NCBI GenBank assembly: GCA_035307565.1
Contig: DATGHZ010000013.1
Location: 37,294 to 101,293, forward strand
Direction of reading: 5' to 3'
Length of the DNA stretch: 64,000 nucleotides
From: a bacterium
Lineage (GTDB): Bacteria; Sysuimicrobiota; Sysuimicrobiia; Sysuimicrobiales; Segetimicrobiaceae
In this document: positions 9,531 through 16,155 of the stretch, piece after piece
Position numbering within the stretch: the stretch's first letter is position 1
Layout of the letters: the number at the start of each line of letters is the position of its first letter
Notes under the pieces: generated by a model
What the model saw: the letters and a program-made list of their open reading frames with translations, nothing else
Databases searched by the model: none
What the model was told of the DNA's origin: nothing
Translations under genes and position numbers: made by a program

Positions 9531-10325
9531 CTACATCATCCGGTAGCGCTGGCCCGGCCGCGCAATGATGGCGTCGGGCCGTTCGCGCAACAGCCGCGTG
9601 ACGAACCCCACCAGGTCGCGCGCCCGAAAACCTCTGCAGATCGTGTTGTCGATCCGGGCGAGGCGAAGCCGGCCGCCGGCGGCCAGCGCATCCTGTACTT
9701 GGAAATAGTCCCGCGGCAGAAAGAGATGACGGCGCAGGAACACCCGCGTGTCGCGCCCGTGCCGGTCCCGGCACGTGTACGTCTCGCGCTCCGCAGCTGG
9801 CCGCAGGTAGAGATCCGGCGCGACCATCTCCTCCACATGGTGAATCAGCGTGCAGCAGTCCATCGTGATGCCCATCATCACGACCCAGCCGTCGTACTCG
9901 ACCAGAAGGCCGAAGGGGCTGCGGGCCGAGCACGGCGTCTCGTCGAGATGATGGAACCGCAGCAGGTCGTCGGCCAGGTCCCCGCGTGCCGCGGCGGAGT
10001 GCGTCGGATGGAGGCTGCGCCGCGTCGCGTGCTCCGTCCGGAACAGCTCGGTCAGGATCCCCACGTTGGACGGTGTCCGCAGCTCGTCGAACACCGGCGC
10101 CGCGGGCTTGACGTACCGCCACGACATCGTGGGGAGCATGAGCGTGCCGGGGCTCATGTAGTCCAGGAACGTGTCGAGCACCGCGCGGGCGTCGTGGCCC
10201 TCCTGGACCATCGTCTTGAAGGCGCTGTGCACCAGCAGGACGCCGTCCCGTGGAATGCCGAGCCGCTCGAGGGCGCGCCCGACGGCGGCGTCGTGCCGGC
10301 GCGGCCGGGCGTCACTTGTGGACAA
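9531..10325 (-). CDS. AAC(3)-family (aminoglycoside 3-N-acetyltransferase-like) acetyltransferase
   Basis: ORF 9531..10325. GVLLVHSAFKTM...TLMLPTMSW...SLHPTHSAAARG...CTLIHHVEE matches the Antibiotic_NAT family blocks. The only available start upstream of these blocks is TTG 10325, which overlaps the carbamoyltransferase stop by 14 nt. Confidence 0.7.
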   Translation of the reverse strand: MSTSDARPRRHDAAVGRALERLGIPRDGVLLVHSAFKTMVQEGHDARAVLDTFLDYMSPGTLMLPTMSWRYVKPAAPVFDELRTPSNVGILTELFRTEHATRRSLHPTHSAAARGDLADDLLRFHHLDETPCSARSPFGLLVEYDGWVVMMGITMDCCTLIHHVEEMVAPDLYLRPAAERETYTCRDRHGRDTRVFLRRHLFLPRDYFQVQDALAAGGRLRLARIDNTICRGFRARDLVGFVTRLLRERPDAIIARPGQRYRMM

Positions 10326-11928
10326 GGAAGTTCCCGATCACGAGCGCGTCCAATCCACACCCGTAAAACGTCATGAGCGCGTCCCGGGGCGATTCGATGA
10401 TGGGCTGGCCTTTCAAGTTGAAGCTCGTGTTGAGGATCACCGGGACGCCGGTCTCGTTCGCGTACCGCCGGATCATCTCGTAGTAGATCTCGTTGTCGGA
10501 GCTGCGCACGGTCTGGACCCTCGCCGTGCCGTCGACGTGGACGACGGCCGCGATCGTCGGCGCGCGCTCGGGGATCGCGTCGAGCGTGAAGGTCATGTAC
10601 GGGAAATCGGGCCGTCCGTTGACGGCGAACCAGTCTCCCGCCGCCTCCTGCAGCAGCGACGGCGCGAACGGCCGGAACTCCTCGCGAAATTTGATGCGGG
10701 CGTTGACCCGGTCCCGCATCGCCTGTGACGCGCAACTCGCCACGATTGAGCGATTACCGAGCGCGCGCGCCCCGGCCTCGGACCGTCCCTGAAACCACCC
10801 GAGGATCTTCCCGTCGGCCAGCAGGCAGGCGCCGGTCGCGGCGGGATCCTCAAGTTCCTCGAAGCGGCAGCCGTTGGCCTCGAGCTCGTGGCGGATGTCC
10901 GCGTCCGAGTAGCAGGAGCCAAGGTACGCGTGCAGGAGCGGCCAGGGTGAGTCTCCGAGCATGACCGCGCCGAGATACGCGCACCCCAGCGCCAGGCCGC
11001 GGTCGGAGGAGACCGGCGAAACGTAGATGTGGTCGAACATGTCCGCGTAGAGCAGGCGCCGGTTGGCGGAGCAATTCAGCGCGAGCCCGCCGGCGTAGCA
11101 GAGATGACGGGTCGACGGCGCGTAGCCGCGCAGGTGCTCGGCGAGCCGCAGCACGCAGTCCTCGGTGACGGCCTGGGTGCTGCTTGCGACGTCGCGATGG
11201 AAATCGGTGATGGGCTCTTCGGGCCTGCGGTTCGGCACGCCCAGCACCTCCGCCAGTTTCGCAGCGTAGAGCGGCTCGAACGGGGACTTCACCGGCGGAT
11301 CCGCCCGGACGAAGGACCAATCGAACTCCCAGCCGTGCGGGGCCGGGCGAATGATCGGGCTCAGATCGACCGACGGCCGGCCGTACGGTGCGAGCCCCAT
11401 GACCTTGTACTCGTCCCCGTCGACGAACCCGAGGTAGTAGGTCATGAGCGTATAGAAATAGCCCAGCGAGCGCTCGGTGGGGATTTCCTCGAGGACCGTG
11501 ATGCCGTCACCGCGCGTCGCGTGCGCCAGCATGGCGCAGTCGCCGTCCCCGGTCGCGTCGAGGGAGAGGCACAGCGCCTCGCGGTGGCCGGACCCGTAGA
11601 ACGCCGACGCCAGGTGCGCCATGTGATGGTGCACGCGTTCGATCCGGGGCGACGATCCAAAATTGTGGCGCAGATAGTCCCGCCACACCTCGTCAAACCT
11701 CGGATAGGAGGCGCCCGGGGTGACCACGAGATCGATGGCCCGGAAGTCGATGTTCGCAATCTTCAGACACGCCCGGATGGAGTAATACGGAAGGTAGCCG
11801 TACGCCGATTTGTTGCGAAGGTACCGCTCTTCTTCGCAGGCGGCGATAATGCGCCCGTTGACGGCGAGGGCGGCCGCCGGCTCATGCTGCCCCACCGTCA
11901 CGCCGCCGTGAAGCCCGAGGACGATCAT
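10312..11928 (-). CDS. Carbamoyltransferase (NodU/CmcH family)
   Basis: C-terminal 538 aa of ORF 10312..12126. MIVLGLHGG...AAACEEERYLRNK...VHHHMAHLASAF...GGLALNCSAN...GNRSIVA...FREEFRPFAPS...HVDGTARVQTV are all canonical NodU/CmcH blocks. Confidence 0.9.
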   Translation of the reverse strand: MIVLGLHGGVTVGQHEPAAALAVNGRIIAACEEERYLRNKSAYGYLPYYSIRACLKIANIDFRAIDLVVTPGASYPRFDEVWRDYLRHNFGSSPRIERVHHHMAHLASAFYGSGHREALCLSLDATGDGDCAMLAHATRGDGITVLEEIPTERSLGYFYTLMTYYLGFVDGDEYKVMGLAPYGRPSVDLSPIIRPAPHGWEFDWSFVRADPPVKSPFEPLYAAKLAEVLGVPNRRPEEPITDFHRDVASSTQAVTEDCVLRLAEHLRGYAPSTRHLCYAGGLALNCSANRRLLYADMFDHIYVSPVSSDRGLALGCAYLGAVMLGDSPWPLLHAYLGSCYSDADIRHELEANGCRFEELEDPAATGACLLADGKILGWFQGRSEAGARALGNRSIVASCASQAMRDRVNARIKFREEFRPFAPSLLQEAAGDWFAVNGRPDFPYMTFTLDAIPERAPTIAAVVHVDGTARVQTVRSSDNEIYYEMIRRYANETGVPVILNTSFNLKGQPIIESPRDALMTFYGCGLDALVIGNFLVHK

Positions 11929-11941
11929 GGACGGCGCGGCG

Positions 11942-12793
11942 TCACGACGCGACCTCCGCGAGCTCGGCGATCGCTTTCGCGTATTCCTCCTTGGTGGGTG
12001 ACCGGTAGTGCCAGATGGGCAGGTGCTCCATGAAGGAGACCCCGCGCCCCTTGACCGTTTTGCCGACCAGCATGAACGGTTTCTCTCGGGGACGCGCCCG
12101 AACGGCCGCGTAGACGGCGGCCGCATCGTGGCCGTTCACCTCGACGCTCTCCCAGCCGAACGCGCGCAACTTGTCGGACACCGGGTAGAACGCGGGATGC
12201 GTCAGGCTCATGCGGTCGAGGCCTGAGATATCGTTGAGGTCCAAGAAGCCGACGAGGTTGCGGAGCCCAAGGTTCGCGGCCATCATCACCGCTTCCCAGG
12301 TCGAGCCCTCCATGAACTCGCCGTCGGACAGCAGCACGTAGATCGTGGCATCCGAGTGCTTGAGCGTCTCCGCGTAGCTCATGCCGACCGCCAGGCCCAG
12401 GCCGTGGCCGAGCGACCCGGTCGACGCCGCGATGCCCGGCACGCCGAAATCGGGATGCGCGCCCAGCCGGCCGTCGACGGTGCAGTACCGGTCGAGGTCC
12501 GCGGCGGTCAGCACGCCGAGCCGTTCCAGGATCACGTACTGAGCCATGCAGCCGTGGCCCTTCGACATCAAGAACACGTCCCGGAACGCGCCGGCATCGC
12601 CGGGCCCCGGCCGCATGAGCCCGGTGTAGATCACGTCGGCCATTTCCAGACACGAGAACGCCGGGGCGACGTGGAGCGCCGTGACCCGCTGCGAAATATC
12701 CAGTATCCGGCGCCGGTAGGCGAGACACCGCCGCCGGGAGGCGGCCGCGCTGAAAGCCCCGGTGACAACGCCGGCGGTGACCTCTGTCTTCAT
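11942..12793 (-). CDS. Transketolase, N-terminal (ThDP-binding) subunit
   Basis: C-terminal 283 aa of ORF 11942..13237. Contains SKGHGCMAQYVIL, GSLGHGLGLAVGM and VLLSDGEFMEGSTWEA (the GDG-type ThDP motif). ATG 12793 forms an ATGA overlap with the upstream stop. Confidence 0.85.
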   Translation of the reverse strand: MKTEVTAGVVTGAFSAAASRRRCLAYRRRILDISQRVTALHVAPAFSCLEMADVIYTGLMRPGPGDAGAFRDVFLMSKGHGCMAQYVILERLGVLTAADLDRYCTVDGRLGAHPDFGVPGIAASTGSLGHGLGLAVGMSYAETLKHSDATIYVLLSDGEFMEGSTWEAVMMAANLGLRNLVGFLDLNDISGLDRMSLTHPAFYPVSDKLRAFGWESVEVNGHDAAAVYAAVRARPREKPFMLVGKTVKGRGVSFMEHLPIWHYRSPTKEEYAKAIAELAEVAS

Positions 12794-13788
12794 GCCCGCA
12801 GCCGATAGTCCATCGGCCAGTCCCGCAGCTGATCGATGTACTTGCGGCCCCACGCCACCATCTCGGCCAGTCCGTCCGTCCAGCCGATCTGCGGCTCCCA
12901 CGCGACGTCGCGCTTGATCGCGCTGGAGTCCAGCCAGTACCGCGAGTCTTGTCCGAGGCGGTCCCCGGTCATCTCGCAGAGCTGGTCGAAGGGCATCCGA
13001 AGCGCTTCGGCGGTGAGTTCGACGACGCGGCGGATCGACGTGGGCTCCTTGGGGCCGGCGTTGTACACCGTGCCCACCGGCGCGCGCTCCGCCACCAGGT
13101 GAATGGCGCGGGCGAGATCCCGCGCGTGGATGTACGACTTTTCCGCCCGGCCGCCGCCGTGCAGCGGGAGCCGCCGGCCGGTGAGCCCGCAGACGACGGC
13201 CTTCGGGATCACGCGGTGCAGGAGCTGCCCGGGACAATAGGCGTTGGACGGCCGGATGATGTTCATCGGGAACTTTAGCACGCGGTGGATGGCGATCAGG
13301 TGCAGGTCGAACGCCGCCTTGGACACCGCGTACGGGCTCGTGGGCTTGATGGGCGTCTCCTCGCGGGCGGCGAAGTCCACGGAGCCGTAGAGTTCGGACG
13401 TCCCGATCTGGATAAACCGCCGCAGATAGTCGCGCGCCATCAGCTCTTCCGTCAAGTGCGAGAGCGCCATCGTGTTGGTCTCGTAAAAACGCCAGGACTT
13501 CTTCCAGGAGACCGCGCCCTCGCCTTGAGCAGCGTAGTTGACGATGACGTCGGGACGCTCGCGATCGAGCACCTCCAAGACCGAATCCATGTCGTAATTG
13601 AGATGGTAGGCGTGGTACTCATATCGCGGCTGGCGGTCGATGTTGAGCGAGAACGGCTCGGGCCGCAGGGGGTTCCGCCCGATGCCGATGACCTTGCGCG
13701 ACTCGGCATGGTTGAGCAGATAGAACGCGGTGTGCACGCCGAACGACCCGCCGGCGCCGAGGATGGCGTATGTTTTCAGCTCCGTCAT
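12790..13788 (-). CDS. NDP-sugar 4,6-dehydratase-like SDR
   Basis: ORF 12790..13878 trimmed to ATG 13788 (ATGA overlap). Contains ILGAGGSFGVH, TSELYGS (compare TDEVYG of RfbB), SPYAVSKAAFD and RPSNAYCPGQ. Confidence 0.7.
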   Translation of the reverse strand: MTELKTYAILGAGGSFGVHTAFYLLNHAESRKVIGIGRNPLRPEPFSLNIDRQPRYEYHAYHLNYDMDSVLEVLDRERPDVIVNYAAQGEGAVSWKKSWRFYETNTMALSHLTEELMARDYLRRFIQIGTSELYGSVDFAAREETPIKPTSPYAVSKAAFDLHLIAIHRVLKFPMNIIRPSNAYCPGQLLHRVIPKAVVCGLTGRRLPLHGGGRAEKSYIHARDLARAIHLVAERAPVGTVYNAGPKEPTSIRRVVELTAEALRMPFDQLCEMTGDRLGQDSRYWLDSSAIKRDVAWEPQIGWTDGLAEMVAWGRKYIDQLRDWPMDYRLRA

Positions 13789-14783
13789 GCGACGGCGAGC
13801 GCCTTCATGCGCCGGACGTTGACGTACCGGTCGTCGTCGAGGCTGTCCGGCAGCCGGCCGGCCCTGAATGCCCGGCACACGTCGCGGACGGCGTCTTCCA
13901 CGGTTCGCTTCGGCGCGTACCCGAGCACGCGGCGAATCTTGTCGGAATTGATGTGATACGTGCGGGGGTCATCGGACGGGGTCGTTTCAATCCTGATGTC
14001 CGGCCGGTCGGGATATTCCTGCCCCACGACGTCGCGAACGATCTCCGTGATACGGGCGATCGTGAGGTTCTGATACCCGATGTTGAAGGTCTCCCCCGCG
14101 ATCTTCTCCGCGGGCGCCTCGATCATCAGCTGGTACGCCTCCGCCATATCCTGGATGTGGAGGTTGGGCCGGACCTGGGAGCCTCCGAACACCGTGATCA
14201 CGCCCCGGTTGACCGCGTGGTTCGTGAGGATGTTGACCGACAGATCGAACCGCATGCGCGGACTGTACCCGCACACCGTCGCGGGCCTGATCGTCACGCA
14301 GGTGAACCCGGAGGCCTGGTGCCTGAAGAGCAGCGGTTCGCACAGTCCCTTGTATTTGTTGTAGAGCGTCAGCGGGACGAGCGGGTGCTCTTCGGTCACG
14401 TCGGGCGCGTCCGACACCCCGTACACCGAACTCGACGAGCAGTAGACGAACCGCTTGACCTCGGCGTCCCGCGCGGCGACGACCATCGGTTCGAAGCATT
14501 CGAAATTGATCGTACGGCTGAACCGCTCGTCGAGCTCAAAACTCGGATCGTTGGAGATGCAGGCGAGATGCAGCACGACGTCCATGCCGCGGAACGCCCG
14601 GCCCAGGCGTTCGGTGTCGCGGATGTCGCCCTCGATCACGTTTAATCGCGGATGGCGCGGGAGTCCGTCGCGGCCGAAGTACAGGACATCGTACACGGTC
14701 ACCGCGTAGCCGCATGACAGCAGATGCGGAACGAGCACACAGCCGACGTAGCCGGCCCCGCCCGTGATGAGCACGTTCTGCAT
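13785..14783 (-). CDS. NAD-dependent epimerase/dehydratase (SDR)
   Basis: ORF 13785..14801. Contains MQNVLITGGAGYVGC, CSSSSVYG and YNKYKGLCE. I prefer ATG 14783 over the track's TTG 14801. Confidence 0.8.
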   Translation of the reverse strand: MQNVLITGGAGYVGCVLVPHLLSCGYAVTVYDVLYFGRDGLPRHPRLNVIEGDIRDTERLGRAFRGMDVVLHLACISNDPSFELDERFSRTINFECFEPMVVAARDAEVKRFVYCSSSSVYGVSDAPDVTEEHPLVPLTLYNKYKGLCEPLLFRHQASGFTCVTIRPATVCGYSPRMRFDLSVNILTNHAVNRGVITVFGGSQVRPNLHIQDMAEAYQLMIEAPAEKIAGETFNIGYQNLTIARITEIVRDVVGQEYPDRPDIRIETTPSDDPRTYHINSDKIRRVLGYAPKRTVEDAVRDVCRAFRAGRLPDSLDDDRYVNVRRMKALAVA

Positions 14784-14838
14784 GCGTGAAATCACCGCCA
14801 ATCGGGTCTCGTGCGCCGCCGGAGCGCCGGCGTCGCGC

Positions 14839-15582
14839 CTACGCCGGTTCGGTTACGGCGTCCGTCGTGATCGAATAGCCCGCCGCCACCGCATCGCGCT
14901 GGAACATCTTGACCGTCTCGAGCGAGTAGTCGTCGAGGTCGCGTCCGACCAGCTCCAGTTTGGCCAGCACGTCGTGCGTCACCGTGATGATGTGGCAACC
15001 GATCTCATCGGCCTGGAAGACGTTCAGCAGCTCGCGCGGGCTCGCCCAGAGCAGCTCGGCCTTCGGCCGGGGCGCGATGACAGCGAGGGCCTCCCGCATC
15101 AGGGGGACCGGATCCACCCCGGTGTCGGCCACGCGCCCGGCGAACACCGAGACGATCGCCGGGGTCTCGCGCGCCAGGCACGCCGTCACCCGGCGGACCT
15201 GGTCGACCGTGAGGACCGCCGTCACGTTGAGCGCGATGCCCTCGCGCGCCAGATCCGTGATCACGGAGCCGGTGAACTCGCCGGCCGTGTTCGTGACCGG
15301 GATTTTCACGAAGACGTTGGGGCCCCACGACGCGATCGTCCGGGCCTGCCGCAGCATCGCCGGAAAGTCGTCGGCGAACACTTCGAACGAGACGGGCCGG
15401 TCGGGCACGGCGGCGAGGACGGTTCGTGCGAACGATTCGTAGTCGTCGACGCCGGCCTTTCTCATCAACGTCGGGTTGGTGGTGAAGCCTTTGATGAGGG
15501 GATTGCCGTAGAGGCGCATGATCCCCGCGAGATCGGCCCCGTCGGCAAAGATCTTGACGCGGAGACCTCGCAAGCGCTCCAT
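14839..15582 (-). CDS. Transaldolase-family enzyme (short TalC/FSA-like class)
   Basis: ORF 14839..15582. KIFADGADL...GFTTNPTLM...VFVKIPVT...NVTAVLT...SVFAGRVADTG is the class-3 transaldolase / fructose-6-P aldolase pattern, including the Schiff-base Lys in VKIP. Confidence 0.85.
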   Translation of the reverse strand: MERLRGLRVKIFADGADLAGIMRLYGNPLIKGFTTNPTLMRKAGVDDYESFARTVLAAVPDRPVSFEVFADDFPAMLRQARTIASWGPNVFVKIPVTNTAGEFTGSVITDLAREGIALNVTAVLTVDQVRRVTACLARETPAIVSVFAGRVADTGVDPVPLMREALAVIAPRPKAELLWASPRELLNVFQADEIGCHIITVTHDVLAKLELVGRDLDDYSLETVKMFQRDAVAAGYSITTDAVTEPA

Positions 15583-15615
15583 ATCCCGCCCCCCGGCCTC
15601 CAGGATCGGGTGCGA

Positions 15616-16155
15616 CTACTGTGGGCCCGCGCTGACCGCCAGGATCCAGTCGACCGCGGCGGGCAGAGAATCCGTCACGAAATCGGGCGCCACCGGCTTC
15701 GGCTCATGGTAGCCTCGGTCGATGAAGACCGTTCGGCAGCCCGCACGGCGGCCCGCCTCCACGTCTTTCCATCGGTCTCCCACTATGACGCTCGAGGAAA
15801 GATCAATATCGAGGCGGCGTGCCGCGGCCACTAGCAGTCCAGGTTTCGGCTTTCGGCACCCGCAATCCTCCCAATCCGAGTGAGGACACATCTCGATCGC
15901 ATGGACGGGCAGCCATTCGCGGAGTTTCCTATGCATCGCTTCTACAGCAGCGATATCCACAAGACCAAGCGCAATATCGGGCTGGTTGGTCGCCACGACG
16001 ATCAAAAATCCGGCCGCGCGGAGGGCTCGGACGGCGTCCCGAACACCGGCCAACAGACGAAAATCCTCCAACTGCCGGGGCGCGTATGCCTTGCCGTGTC
16101 GTACCGCCGTGGCCGTCAGGACGCCATCGCGATCAAGAAATACGGCCTGTCGCAT
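15616..16155 (-). CDS. gmhB: D-glycero-D-manno-heptose 1,7-bisphosphate phosphatase-like HAD-IIIA phosphatase
   Basis: ORF 15616..16188. Contains AVFLDRDGVL (the DxDGT/V nucleophile motif), VVATNQP, CxCRKPKPG and GDRWKDVEAG. I prefer ATG 16155, which is preceded by GAGGG. Confidence 0.8.
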   Translation of the reverse strand: MRQAVFLDRDGVLTATAVRHGKAYAPRQLEDFRLLAGVRDAVRALRAAGFLIVVATNQPDIALGLVDIAAVEAMHRKLREWLPVHAIEMCPHSDWEDCGCRKPKPGLLVAAARRLDIDLSSSVIVGDRWKDVEAGRRAGCRTVFIDRGYHEPKPVAPDFVTDSLPAAVDWILAVSAGPQ

